DNA of 64,000 nt from a virus (IMGVR_UViG_3300043436_002865:3932-67931), one strand, 5' to 3'; shown: positions 24,688-33,887, numbered from the stretch's first letter. The notes: generated from the sequence alone by a model not told the origin. Translations and numbers: made by a program.

Positions 24688-24972
24688 TTAAGTAGTTGGT
24701 GTAGTGGGGAACCAAGTTTCTTCAGTATCATCGTCTATATTAGGGTTAAAATTCTCATCATCATCTTCTGACGGCGTGTATTCTGACTCAGACGCTTTAA
24801 CCTGGACTTCTATAGAAGTACCATCAAATAGTGCAAAAATTTCTTCTTCTGACCAATCATCTTTATGTTTCCATAAATGTTCTGGAACTACAGCTACTGC
24901 TTCATCAAAATTTCTTTGCCACTTCCATACATTACCTGTATTTTTATCTACTCTTACTGGAGTATAATCCAT
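24688..24972 (-). CDS. acidic hypothetical protein
   Basis: Start moved to ATG 24972 (AGGAG SD). Confidence 0.7.
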   Translation of the reverse strand: MDYTPVRVDKNTGNVWKWQRNFDEAVAVVPEHLWKHKDDWSEEEIFALFDGTSIEVQVKASESEYTPSEDDDENFNPNIDDDTEETWFPTTPTT

Positions 24973-24983
24973 TAGTAATTCTC

Positions 24984-26063
24984 CTATAAAGAACTGCAAG
25001 TAATTTGTTCACCTGCATATGTTTCTTCGTCTTTAATATATTTGTAAAACGCATCAACAGATTCTTCTTTGTTTTTTGCTTCAATATCGAAGTCAGCAAA
25101 CTGAAGCATTGGTACTGTTAGTGCTAAAAGTTCTTCATCCCACAAAAACTCTGCATGAGCGTTAGGCTTCATCCAATAATCTTCATTTGATTCTTCAAAA
25201 GGATGGCTAGTATGAAATAGCGGCCTATTATTCTTCCAAGTTTTTACAGCTTCTTTAAATAAAGAATCGTTAGCTGTTATATGTTTTACGTCTCTAATCT
25301 TTTTATTAACAACTGCGCCTACAGAATTTTTTACTTTCTCAGTTTGTACCATTCGGTGGCAGGCATAGTGATGCGTGTCGAGAGTGCATCGTACAGGAAT
25401 TCTCTGCGCAAGTTCAACTGTGTGTTCAATGTCGTATCCGTTGGGCTTATCTTCGTTTTCGACTGCAAGACACTTTTGCGCGTAATCGGATAAGTAGTGA
25501 AAGTTCGATGCGAAACGTTTAATACCATCTTCGTGTTTACCACCGTACAAACCTTGTAAATGAATATTCATAACAAATTCTTCGGCAGGAATATTCATTA
25601 GAATACCATATAACGCATGATACTCTAGATCTTTAATAGAACTCTTGACAACTTCTTCATTGTTAGAGCCTAATACCGTATATTGGCCGGGATGAACGCT
25701 AAGTCTGACATTATGCTTTTTAGCAGCTTCTCCAGCTTTAGCTAAGACTCTAGAAATATCGCCCCAGATTTCTGAATACCAATCATGAGTAAAATCTAGT
25801 GTATAGCACGGAAACATTTCAGAAGAGATCCTGAAACTACGAAGATTAATGGGTCTAGTAGGGAACCAGGTTTCTAGAATATCTACTAGTTTATTGCAAT
25901 TCTCTAACGCTTTAGATTGCACTTTTTGCTTACCCCCATCTTTCAATGCGTAAGTTTTAGTGGTAGTTCCAAAGTTATAGCGTTTGGCTTTTTGTTTATC
26001 AATAAACTGACAGCATTGAGAAATTCTCCAGTCAGTAGAGCCAACATTAAAGTATTCGTTCAT
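24984..26063 (-). CDS. uvsE: UV-damage endonuclease UvsE/UvdE
   Basis: FRISSEMFP, RLSVHPGQYTVL, LAVENED, LDTHH and DIEAKNKE motifs. Confidence 0.92.
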   Translation of the reverse strand: MNEYFNVGSTDWRISQCCQFIDKQKAKRYNFGTTTKTYALKDGGKQKVQSKALENCNKLVDILETWFPTRPINLRSFRISSEMFPCYTLDFTHDWYSEIWGDISRVLAKAGEAAKKHNVRLSVHPGQYTVLGSNNEEVVKSSIKDLEYHALYGILMNIPAEEFVMNIHLQGLYGGKHEDGIKRFASNFHYLSDYAQKCLAVENEDKPNGYDIEHTVELAQRIPVRCTLDTHHYACHRMVQTEKVKNSVGAVVNKKIRDVKHITANDSLFKEAVKTWKNNRPLFHTSHPFEESNEDYWMKPNAHAEFLWDEELLALTVPMLQFADFDIEAKNKEESVDAFYKYIKDEETYAGEQITCSSL

Positions 26064-26131
26064 AATTATTCCTGTTGTTAGGTGTGATAACTAATTTATA
26101 TCAGCTTATGAACGTTATTGCAATAATAAAA

Positions 26132-26785
26132 TTAATTTACTTCGTGTTTTATTGTTACGAATAGTGAGTTTTGGGCCATTTCCATATAGTCTTCAGACAT
26201 TTCATCTTCTAACTCTTCATTTTCTTCGGAATTAGAAACTCCAGCTAGTTCTTTAAATTTAGCTAAATGTACGTCTTCTATATAAGAATGCTCTTCTAAA
26301 AGATTCATCTGCTCTGCGTTATTCATAATAAGTTCTGCAAATTCTTCAGCTTTTTCTAAGTCGTCTTCATCAATGGAACCTTGAGCTATAGCTTGTTTTT
26401 CAAGTCTAAACAATAAGTCTTGTAGCATCATTGTTTCTACAATTAAATGAATCATAACTGTTTTATCTTTAATAGTGGAATAAAGTTTTTGAGCAGAAGG
26501 GCAAATATCAAAATGCTTAGTTTTGTAGTCTCCTACAGTAATTTGACCATCAGAATCTGCATAAGTCTGATTTTCATATTCTTTAATTGACTCAACAGGT
26601 TCATCCATATCTTCACCGAACTTATAATAACCATACACAGCTTCTATATAATGATCCATATCATTAATTTTTGCTTGTATCCAAGGCTCTAATTCATCTG
26701 TAGCACTTATCATAGATAGCAGTTCAGTAGAATAAGCTATTGCTTTTCTAAGACTATTTCTTGCCATTTTTCCTTCATAACTCAT
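26132..26785 (-). CDS. acidic hypothetical protein
   Basis: 217 aa; LEPWIQAKI and YKTKHFDICPSAQKLY segments. Confidence 0.8.
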   Translation of the reverse strand: MSYEGKMARNSLRKAIAYSTELLSMISATDELEPWIQAKINDMDHYIEAVYGYYKFGEDMDEPVESIKEYENQTYADSDGQITVGDYKTKHFDICPSAQKLYSTIKDKTVMIHLIVETMMLQDLLFRLEKQAIAQGSIDEDDLEKAEEFAELIMNNAEQMNLLEEHSYIEDVHLAKFKELAGVSNSEENEELEDEMSEDYMEMAQNSLFVTIKHEVN

Positions 26786-26795
26786 TTCTTACTCC

Positions 26796-27158
26796 TTATT
26801 TCTTTCTAGGACCACCGGGTTTAGGTCTAGCTACAGACCCGCCAGCTCCTGCCCATAATTTTTTTCTAGCCCAGTAATTAGCACTAAACTTATCATCTTT
26901 AGTAAGATTGCCACTAGCGTCCCTAATACCTGCACTTCTATCCAAGTAATTGCTTCTAGCTTCTGTACTATAATTATGCCCGTAATCTTTGTGACCAAAT
27001 CTAACTAATTTAGCTTCATCACCTTTTTTTGCTAAAACTACTTGTTTGTGTTTGGAACCAGAAGTATTACGTTTAGGCTTATTAAAGCCCTCAAACTGTT
27101 CACCTCTATATTCTATTTTACCACTAGGTAGCCTTTTAACGTCTTTTGCTTTTACCAT
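26796..27158 (-). CDS. basic hypothetical protein
   Basis: KLVRFG...SANYWARKKLW; start moved to ATG 27158 (GAGGA SD). Confidence 0.75.
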   Translation of the reverse strand: MVKAKDVKRLPSGKIEYRGEQFEGFNKPKRNTSGSKHKQVVLAKKGDEAKLVRFGHKDYGHNYSTEARSNYLDRSAGIRDASGNLTKDDKFSANYWARKKLWAGAGGSVARPKPGGPRKK

Positions 27159-27366
27159 TATTAATTTCCTCAGCTTCTCTGGCTTTCCAAGCAGCTTCAA
27201 ACCCTATATTATGCACAGAGGTAGCTTCATGGTTATGCCAAATTCTTTGTATGTAAGAATTATATATTTCTATTACATCTTTTTCAGACCAAGAAGTAGG
27301 TATTAACATACCCTTTACTATCCAATAGTATCTGTTAGCTTCTTTAATCTGATACTGGGTAGCCAT
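27136..27366 (-). CDS. hypothetical protein
   Basis: 76 aa, coupled to neighbours. Confidence 0.7.
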   Translation of the reverse strand: MATQYQIKEANRYYWIVKGMLIPTSWSEKDVIEIYNSYIQRIWHNHEATSVHNIGFEAAWKAREAEEINNGKSKRR

Positions 27367-27617
27367 TACTTACGAAACTTTCTTACTTTTTTTGCTATTT
27401 TTTCAGGCTGAGCCACAAACTGTTCTCCTGATTTAGAACCTTGTCTTTTGGCTCTATTGGTTGCAGCTTTTTCACCGCTGCTCAGAGACTTCCAAGCTTT
27501 TTCTGGTAAATATCTACCTCTATCAGATTTAGGTTTATCACTTTCTTTTTCAGAAGAATATCCCCATTTTTGCTTAGTCCACTTTTTAAGTGACTCTTGT
27601 GGCTCTTTTAGTGCCAT
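27366..27617 (-). CDS. basic protein (resembles the DUF5872 C-terminal half)
   Basis: SLKKWTKQKW, GRYLPEKAW and AATNRAKR motifs. Confidence 0.7.
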   Translation of the reverse strand: MALKEPQESLKKWTKQKWGYSSEKESDKPKSDRGRYLPEKAWKSLSSGEKAATNRAKRQGSKSGEQFVAQPEKIAKKVRKFRK

Positions 27618-27766
27618 TACTTTTTCTTCTTCTTAAGAATAGCTGCTTGTAGCGCAGGAGGTAATTTTTTCTGACCAGCAGAAAGCCCATTACCGTTGCT
27701 AGGCATCTTTTCTTCTTTACCTTTCATCTTTTCTTCTTTATCTTTCATCATAGGTTTTTTAGCCAT
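27617..27766 (-). CDS. small Lys-rich protein (49 aa)
   Basis: MAKKPMMKDK...QKKLPPALQAAILKKKKK; AGGAG SD; TAATG coupling. Confidence 0.7.
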   Translation of the reverse strand: MAKKPMMKDKEEKMKGKEEKMPSNGNGLSAGQKKLPPALQAAILKKKKK

Positions 27767-27777
27767 TAATACTCTCC

Positions 27778-27963
27778 TTAGTTTTTATAGCCTCCTCCGG
27801 CTTTTTTATATTCTACAGCTAACAACTGTGCTTTTCTTGCGCTCCACTCACCCGGAGAACCGCCTTTTGAGCCAGCTTTAATGCTTTCAAATAATCTCTT
27901 TCGTAGCGTAGGTTTAGTATAATTACCTGCTTCGTTTACTCGGCTTTTTGGTTTTTCCACCAT
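27778..27963 (-). CDS. basic protein (resembles the DUF5872 N-terminal half)
   Basis: YTKPTLR...GEWSARKAQLLA.EYKKAGGGY. Confidence 0.75.
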   Translation of the reverse strand: MVEKPKSRVNEAGNYTKPTLRKRLFESIKAGSKGGSPGEWSARKAQLLAVEYKKAGGGYKN

Positions 27964-28042
27964 TAGATTCCACCTTTTTTGGTTTTATTATTTTTGGTTT
28001 TTTAGTTAAAATTGTAGATTGAAACGCAGGTGCTATAGTCAT
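27923..28042 (-). CDS. possible small basic peptide (39 aa)
   Basis: MTIAPAFQSTILTKKPKIIKPKK...KRSR directly after the oxygenase stop. Confidence 0.35.
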   Translation of the reverse strand: MTIAPAFQSTILTKKPKIIKPKKVESNGGKTKKPSKRSR

Positions 28043-28044
28043 TA

Positions 28045-28617
28045 TTATTCTACCTTAGATTGTTTTCTAGCAGATTCTTTCTCTGCTTCATCAGAGTATG
28101 GCCCATTTACATCTACATAATGTAAAAATACTTGTGTTTGCCATTGTCCTGCAAAAGCATTTCTCCAATGAATTACTTCACAGCCTTTATATACTACTAA
28201 GTCTCCAACATCAAGAAGCACTTCATTAATTTTTCCACCATTTTCCCAAACATAAATAGGCCAACAATTTTTAGAGTCCATACCTAATGTAAGTGTTGCA
28301 CTGTATTCGCAAGCGTGTCTGTCTATATGAGGTTTTAAAACCTCTCCAGGTCTATATATTCTAGCATATGCATAGGTAGGAGCTAATGATTTATCGGTTG
28401 CTTTTTCAAGTATAGGTTTTAAAGATTCTAATAAAGACTCTAATACTGGATCCCCGTAAATTGCATCTGACTTATTGCATTGGTCATCTATAGTTGTTTT
28501 ATTTTCGTTTTTTAATTGAAATAATCTATCAGAAAACTTTTTACAGTGTTCTTTAGATAATACACCTTCTAAAGTAACATATTTATTAATGCTAAAGTAT
28601 TTATTAATATCATCCAT
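28045..28617 (-). CDS. 2OG-Fe(II) oxygenase
   Basis: LKPHIDR, GDLVVY, HWR and QVFLHYV motifs. Confidence 0.85.
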   Translation of the reverse strand: MDDINKYFSINKYVTLEGVLSKEHCKKFSDRLFQLKNENKTTIDDQCNKSDAIYGDPVLESLLESLKPILEKATDKSLAPTYAYARIYRPGEVLKPHIDRHACEYSATLTLGMDSKNCWPIYVWENGGKINEVLLDVGDLVVYKGCEVIHWRNAFAGQWQTQVFLHYVDVNGPYSDEAEKESARKQSKVE

Positions 28618-28644
28618 TTTATGCCTAACTTAATTTGTTAATAA

Positions 28645-29064
28645 TTATTCACACCAAGATTCTTTTTTATCGCCGAAATACGGCTTTGCTAATCCAGAAG
28701 CTATTAGTTTTTCAGAGTATAACTGTCCGTCTAAGTATACATTAGTTAATATACGACCGCCATACTTATCCCAATCTATATCTTTAAATTCAATTACTGT
28801 AGCTGATTTAAAAAGAGAGTTAGCTAATTCTCTAGCTTTTTTAGCTAGTTCTTTTTCAGTTTCGCACTCACCTCTAATTTCTGGAGTGTCAATACCTAAA
28901 ATTCTAATACTCATACTTTGTAGTTCTTCGGGTAATGAGGGCACTGTTACATAGCAAGTATCTCCATCATAACATAAATTTCCTCTAAATTCCCTCATCT
29001 GCACCCAGTCAGCAAAAGCTGCTGTAGGTATAATAAGTAGTAGTGCTAAAATAAACTTATACAT
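28645..29064 (-). CDS. thermonuclease (SNase-like) with signal peptide
   Basis: YDGDT, IRILGIDTPE and DKYGGRIL motifs. Confidence 0.9.
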   Translation of the reverse strand: MYKFILALLLIIPTAAFADWVQMREFRGNLCYDGDTCYVTVPSLPEELQSMSIRILGIDTPEIRGECETEKELAKKARELANSLFKSATVIEFKDIDWDKYGGRILTNVYLDGQLYSEKLIASGLAKPYFGDKKESWCE

Positions 29065-29069
29065 TATAA

Positions 29070-29333
29070 TTAATTACCTTTGCCTTTTCCATTTATTTCA
29101 TTTCCGCTTGAACCATAAAAATACCCTATTACAGTCGATACACAAGTACCTAATAGAAATCCTAAAATGATATTAGCAAAGCCTTCCGCAGCAGCGTGTA
29201 TTGGTAAGAATGTTACTGCAAAGAAATAAATAGAGCTTACTATAGACCAAAACCATGCAAAAATATATACAAATTTAGATGCCATTTCATCGCCTTTCTT
29301 TATTAGTTGTTCGTGCGCATTATCTTCTGTCAT
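29070..29333 (-). CDS. 2-TM holin-like membrane protein
   Basis: Two TM segments ending VIGYFYGSS. Confidence 0.6.
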   Translation of the reverse strand: MTEDNAHEQLIKKGDEMASKFVYIFAWFWSIVSSIYFFAVTFLPIHAAAEGFANIILGFLLGTCVSTVIGYFYGSSGNEINGKGKGN

Positions 29334-29344
29334 AAAATAACTCC

Positions 29345-29662
29345 TTATTTGCTCATATAAGCACTAGCCCCAAAAAAGGTTGCAACAGTTCCTGCTTGGG
29401 CTATGTAAAACATTGATAGTATATTGTCTAATGCTGCTAATCTATCAATAGTTATAAAAGGTAAAAACAACATTATAGTAAAACCAACCATAGATAACAT
29501 TGCAACCCATGCCATTTGTCTTAGTTGATCTTCTTTTCTATCCCTATTCTCAGTTTCTATCATAGATTGTGCTTTTATCATTTCTTCGTCGGTAACTACT
29601 CCATCACCGTCAACATCGAATTTTGCATAAGCAGAGCCTGTTTCTAGCGTCTTAGCGTTCAT
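29345..29662 (-). CDS. EF-hand plus 2-TM membrane protein
   Basis: DVDGDGVVTDEE EF-loop; TM segments ending FFGASA. Confidence 0.65.
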   Translation of the reverse strand: MNAKTLETGSAYAKFDVDGDGVVTDEEMIKAQSMIETENRDRKEDQLRQMAWVAMLSMVGFTIMLFLPFITIDRLAALDNILSMFYIAQAGTVATFFGASAYMSK

Positions 29663-29673
29663 ACGCTATCTCC

Positions 29674-29865
29674 TTATTTTTTAGTTTTTCCAGCTTTTGA
29701 TAAAGCAATAGCAACAGCTTGTTTGCGTTGAGCTTCATCTAAACTTAATCCAGAACTCTTTGCTAGTGCTTTTACGCCTTTAGAACGAGTTTTACCTGGT
29801 TTTTTCATTAATTCTTTAATATTAGCAGATATTGTTTTCTGCGAAGAGCCTGACTTAAGAGGCAT
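29674..29865 (-). CDS. small basic protein
   Basis: MPLKSGSSQKTISANI...KQAVAIALSKAG. Confidence 0.75.
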   Translation of the reverse strand: MPLKSGSSQKTISANIKELMKKPGKTRSKGVKALAKSSGLSLDEAQRKQAVAIALSKAGKTKK

Positions 29866-29880
29866 ATAGTTTCTCCTAAC

Positions 29881-30063
29881 TCACTTCTGCGTTATATACT
29901 TATTGTGTATAGACCAAAACAATAAATATTTTCCATATGTAAGAAGTGGGTATTCTTTTTGAGCCTTATATAAACTCATTACTACTGCCTTATCCTTCTC
30001 CGACAACGGCTGGTCTAGTAAATTCTGAAATGTTTCTTTTGGCAATCTTCTTACTTTTATCAT
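29881..30063 (-). CDS. hypothetical protein
   Basis: 60 aa; overlaps the phoH 3' end. Confidence 0.5.
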   Translation of the reverse strand: MIKVRRLPKETFQNLLDQPLSEKDKAVVMSLYKAQKEYPLLTYGKYLLFWSIHNKYITQK

Positions 30064-30706
30064 CGTGAAGCTCTATAAATTTCAATAGGGTTTTAACTAA
30101 TCCGCTCCTAACAACATGATCGTTAGAGTACTTAATCTTAGCAATTTCATCACAGTTTTCTAATACTTTAAGTGCCCAAGATAAACCGTTTTCTCCTGGA
30201 ATATCACTTTGACTTAAGTCTCCAGTTATAACAACCTTAACATTTTCACCAAACCTAGTTAGAAACATTCTCATTTGATCGATAGTAGTATTCTGTGCTT
30301 CGTCTAAGATTATAAAAGCATCTGAAAAAGTTCTACCACGCATAAAGGCTAAAGGAGCTATTTCTATCTCACCAGTTTGAGTTAAATCTTGTATTCTTTT
30401 TGGATTTGATAAAGAAATAAAAGCATCCATTAGTGGTAATAAATATGGGTCAAGCTTTTCTTTCATATCACCTGGTAAGAAGCCTATCTGTTCTGTAGCT
30501 ACTACCGGCCTAACAATAATTATTCTATCTACAAATGCAAAATCTAAGTATTCTAAAGCTTTTGCTGCTGCTAAAAATGTTTTTCCTGATCCTGCTGATC
30601 CTGTTGCAAAAACTACGTTTTTATTTGTTACAGCATTAATAAAGTCTTTTTGTAAGTGATTCTTAGGCTCTACTCTGCTAACGTTACTGCTCTTTTTTCT
30701 GGTCAT
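29990..30706 (-). CDS. phoH: PhoH family ATPase
   Basis: GSAGSGKT, GFLPGD, FMRGRTF, DEAQN and GDLSQSD motifs. Confidence 0.95.
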   Translation of the reverse strand: MTRKKSSNVSRVEPKNHLQKDFINAVTNKNVVFATGSAGSGKTFLAAAKALEYLDFAFVDRIIIVRPVVATEQIGFLPGDMKEKLDPYLLPLMDAFISLSNPKRIQDLTQTGEIEIAPLAFMRGRTFSDAFIILDEAQNTTIDQMRMFLTRFGENVKVVITGDLSQSDIPGENGLSWALKVLENCDEIAKIKYSNDHVVRSGLVKTLLKFIELHDDKSKKIAKRNISEFTRPAVVGEG

Positions 30707-30709
30707 TAA

Positions 30710-31423
30710 TTACCTATCTATTGGAAAACATAAAAAGTTTTCGGTTAATATTTCTTTAATTTCATAACCTAGTTCTTCTATTTGTTTTTTAAGTTTCTTA
30801 GAGTCTGATTTTAAAAACTCAATGAATATTACTGGTTTACATCTTTTTATAGTTTCAGTAGCTCCAAGCAATACTTTTTCTTCCATTCCTTCAACATCAA
30901 TTTTCAACAAGTCTAGTTTAGAAAAAGTAAAGTAATCTAAAGTACGTAAATTTACTGATTCAAACTTAATAGCACGTTGTCCGATATATTCTTTATTAGA
31001 TCCTCTATGCTCAAGCTCAACCCCGCCGAAATTTGAAGTTAACGAATAATTAAATATCGGTACTTTTATACTCGAATTAATATCCCCTATAGCTGTATGA
31101 GATACATATACATTATTAAAAGAATTTAAAACAATAGAATCACATATCATATTATATAACGTTTTTTGCGGTTCAAAGGCAAAAACAGTTGCAGATGGAT
31201 TAGCATTTCTTAATTCAAAAGAAAACCAACCTAAATTAGCACCTACATCTACTATAACTGGATTATCTATATTTTTTACTATAGATACTAATCTATCTAT
31301 ATGTTTTTGATCTATATGTTTTTTATGTTTTTTATAATACAAACCTTGATTAACATCTGCAGTAAGAATCAAAATCTTACCAAAATGTGTTTCTAGTACT
31401 TCAGAGTAGGGTTTTTTCGTCAT
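30710..31423 (-). CDS. FkbM family methyltransferase
   Basis: DVGANLG, AFEP and LLKIDVEGME motifs. Confidence 0.9.
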   Translation of the reverse strand: MTKKPYSEVLETHFGKILILTADVNQGLYYKKHKKHIDQKHIDRLVSIVKNIDNPVIVDVGANLGWFSFELRNANPSATVFAFEPQKTLYNMICDSIVLNSFNNVYVSHTAIGDINSSIKVPIFNYSLTSNFGGVELEHRGSNKEYIGQRAIKFESVNLRTLDYFTFSKLDLLKIDVEGMEEKVLLGATETIKRCKPVIFIEFLKSDSKKLKKQIEELGYEIKEILTENFLCFPIDR

Positions 31424-32099
31424 AAAATTTCTTTACTCTGAATTTAAGTTCAGGTGCATATACTGAAGGACTACCTGTAAATACTTGGGAGCTTCCATCT
31501 TCTACTGCCATTAGTATTATAAAACGATTTACAGAAGAATTAAATTGTTTATTGTGCGCGTTACAATAAAATGTAGCTTGCAAATAATAGTCTTTAATTT
31601 GAGAAACTGATTTCTTTTTTCTAGACGTTTTATAATCGATAACCACTAGGCTATCATTCCAGTATCCTACACCATCACATCTTCCAGCAACTTTAAGTTC
31701 ATCATCCCAAACTACAAATTCTTGAGAAACTGAACGAAAATTATTAACTAGTAAATGCTTCATTAGCTCTACTGTCATAGTCTTAATAAATGGTTTTTCT
31801 TCTGTTAGACCAGAAGATTGGATAAAACTACGTGCTTGCTCTTTTGTGGGGCTATCATACTCTTCGTAAAAACGTTCTAAATAGTTGTGAAGTATTGTCC
31901 CACGCTCAGCAGCTGCATTTTTAATTCTATCGGCTTCTTCTTGTCCTACAGATTCAATCCATTTTTGTAACCATGCTTTATTAGCAGTAGCACCTAAAAC
32001 TGTTGTAATACTAGGATAAGTTCCAGTAGGCGTATTGTATACTCTACCAGATTCGCTATCTATATTTTTTATTTCTTTACACTGATTATATGTTAACAT
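31401..32099 (-). CDS. PD-(D/E)XK exonuclease
   Basis: YPSITTVL, RGTILH, AGRCD, IDYKTS and YYLQATFY motifs. Confidence 0.88.
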   Translation of the reverse strand: MLTYNQCKEIKNIDSESGRVYNTPTGTYPSITTVLGATANKAWLQKWIESVGQEEADRIKNAAAERGTILHNYLERFYEEYDSPTKEQARSFIQSSGLTEEKPFIKTMTVELMKHLLVNNFRSVSQEFVVWDDELKVAGRCDGVGYWNDSLVVIDYKTSRKKKSVSQIKDYYLQATFYCNAHNKQFNSSVNRFIILMAVEDGSSQVFTGSPSVYAPELKFRVKKFYDEKTLL

Positions 32100-32131
32100 A
32101 TTGTCCTAGATTTGGCAATTAAAAAATTTAA

Positions 32132-32164
32132 AAACCAAGGAGGTTATTATACGCTCCTTGGTTT
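32132..32164. terminator. hairpin, probable terminator
   Basis: AAACCAAGGAG-N11-CTCCTTGGTTT. Confidence 0.6.
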
Positions 32165-32192
32165 ACTATAATTTATATATACAAGCTCATAA

Positions 32193-32414
32193 TTAATCTT
32201 TTGTAGACACAAAAGAATACATTTCTTTTGCTTTACTCATAAGATCTTCAGTAGAGTACATCTTTACAGCTTCTTGATACTCTTCAAAAGTTTTTCTACC
32301 TTCATCCATAGCTTTTTGCATGAAAGTCATATTCATATGATAGCTCTGATCCATATAGTCTTTTGCAAGCTGAAGGATCTCTGCACGAATTTCAAAGGGA
32401 TTCTTATTTGCCAT
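32193..32414 (-). CDS. hypothetical protein
   Basis: 73 aa NPFEIRAEILQLAKDY; last gene of the hsp20 operon. Confidence 0.75.
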   Translation of the reverse strand: MANKNPFEIRAEILQLAKDYMDQSYHMNMTFMQKAMDEGRKTFEEYQEAVKMYSTEDLMSKAKEMYSFVSTKD

Positions 32415-32682
32415 TGGTATTGCCTTTCATAAGTTTAGCTGACTTTTCTACTGCTTCGTCCATAGTAGCTATTTGATCTTTAAAAAAGTTCATAGTATAA
32501 GCATTGAAAGCTTTGCTGTAAGAGTTCCAACCTACAGTTTTTAGATCTATAAAAGAATCCCAAAACTTCTTATTGTGCTCTAGCATTTGTTTGTAATTAG
32601 TAATCATATCCTTACTCCTTTTGATGTTACCGCAGGGAGTAGGTACAAATTCCGGTTGTCCATAATATGGAATGTGTGACAT
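32404..32682 (-). CDS. hypothetical protein, possibly phasin-like
   Basis: Amphipathic helical pattern; AGGAG SD. Confidence 0.5.
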   Translation of the reverse strand: MSHIPYYGQPEFVPTPCGNIKRSKDMITNYKQMLEHNKKFWDSFIDLKTVGWNSYSKAFNAYTMNFFKDQIATMDEAVEKSAKLMKGNTNGK

Positions 32683-32711
32683 TTTCTATCTCCTGTGTTG
32701 TGTGTGATTGG

Positions 32712-32759
32712 TTGAGGGCTAACCGTAGGCCCTCACGAGTTTATTACGTAACTACCCGT
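32712..32759 (-). ncRNA. two-hairpin element downstream of DUF1127
   Basis: ACGGGT..ACTCGT and GAGGGC-CTACGGTTA-GCCCTC stems. Confidence 0.45.
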
Positions 32760-33014
32760 TTACCATCGACGATCAACTCTACCATGAGCTATATCTTCGA
32801 TATCGCCTCTACAAATACCTACATCTCTTAGTTCTTCATCGCTTAAAGCTTCTAATTGTTTAATAGTAACTTTAATGTCTCTGCGTTTAATATATTCTTC
32901 GCTACTTTCATCTAAAACATTTACAGTTTTAGAAAATAGCGCGCGAATCATTTTAATCAATTCTGCGATTGGACTGTGTAGATAGTTGCTTAGTGTTAGT
33001 GCTATGTGTGTCAT
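32760..33014 (-). CDS. DUF1127 (YjiS-like) small protein
   Basis: QLEALSDEELRDVGICRGDI motif. Confidence 0.9.
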   Translation of the reverse strand: MTHIALTLSNYLHSPIAELIKMIRALFSKTVNVLDESSEEYIKRRDIKVTIKQLEALSDEELRDVGICRGDIEDIAHGRVDRRW

Positions 33015-33438
33015 TTAAGATCTCCTCGTTTTTTCCAATTGGGATAAGACGAGAACGCATTTCTTCTGGGACTACATATTTCAGTTCAACTGACAATACT
33101 CCATCTTTAAGATCTGCTCCGTGTACTTTTACATGTTCAGACAGCCTAAAAGTACGTTTAAATTTCTTCGTAGATATACCACGATGAATATATTCACGCT
33201 TATTAGTATCAAAATCGCCAGTAATTGTTAATGTGCGATCTTTAACTTCTATTGTTAGCGCATCAGCTGGGAATCCGGCTACTGCAAGCTCGATTAAATA
33301 ATCGCTTTCGCCTGTTCTTATAATATTGTGTGGGGGATAGTGGTCGTTCGCATGTCGAACTGCGCTATCCAATTCATTTAGTAGATGATCGAATCCCACA
33401 AACGATGCTCTGGGGAATAGTTGTTGTACGCCTGTCAT
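32953..33438 (-). CDS. ibpA: small heat-shock protein Hsp20
   Basis: FVGFDHL, YPPHNI, IELAVAGF, YIHRGIS and DGVLSVEL motifs; start moved to ATG 33438. Confidence 0.93.
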   Translation of the reverse strand: MTGVQQLFPRASFVGFDHLLNELDSAVRHANDHYPPHNIIRTGESDYLIELAVAGFPADALTIEVKDRTLTITGDFDTNKREYIHRGISTKKFKRTFRLSEHVKVHGADLKDGVLSVELKYVVPEEMRSRLIPIGKNEEILNDTHSTNTKQLSTQSNRRID

Positions 33439-33490
33439 ATTTTTTCTCCTTTTCACAAGCAAGAATTTTTGAGCCCCTAAAAGGCAGCTC
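33439..33490 (-). promoter_or_regulatory. ROSE-like RNA thermometer
   Basis: 5' hairpin GAGCTGCC/GGGGCTC, then TTCTTGCTT-GTGAA-AAGGAGAA pairing U(U/C)GCU with the SD. Confidence 0.7.
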
Positions 33491-33887
33491 ACTCGTTATT
33501 AACTATTAGCTTAATTTTACTTTGAGCTACTAGTTTTATTTCTCGCATAAATCTTTCGTCTATTAGACTTTGCAAGAAATTCTCCCATTCGTTATCGAAT
33601 GAAATTTTTTCTTCATCAGTTAAGTCTGATGTATAATATTTATCAGTTGATTCTTTACATACTAAAGTAGCAGCTACAAATAAATTAGCACTGCCTATTG
33701 TTTTTGTTAAATCATTGCCTTCTTCATCAAAGTAGTCATCTTCATCTTTAATATAACTAACATCTTTTCTTGAAGTTAATAATTCATATGCAGAATGGCT
33801 TACAGTTTCTTCTTCTTCTGAGTATATGTCTAAAGGCCTAGAAGATAGCACCTCTTTAATATACTCTCTTAATTTATTAGAAATCAT
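33489..33887 (-). CDS. acidic hypothetical protein
   Basis: 132 aa ORF. Confidence 0.7.
   Translation of the reverse strand: MISNKLREYIKEVLSSRPLDIYSEEEETVSHSAYELLTSRKDVSYIKDEDDYFDEEGNDLTKTIGSANLFVAATLVCKESTDKYYTSDLTDEEKISFDNEWENFLQSLIDERFMREIKLVAQSKIKLIVNNE

Noticed and set aside
31401-32099. Cas4/CRISPR system
   Set aside because: Ordinary phage PD-(D/E)XK nuclease without Fe-S cysteines; no repeat-spacer array seen in the window.
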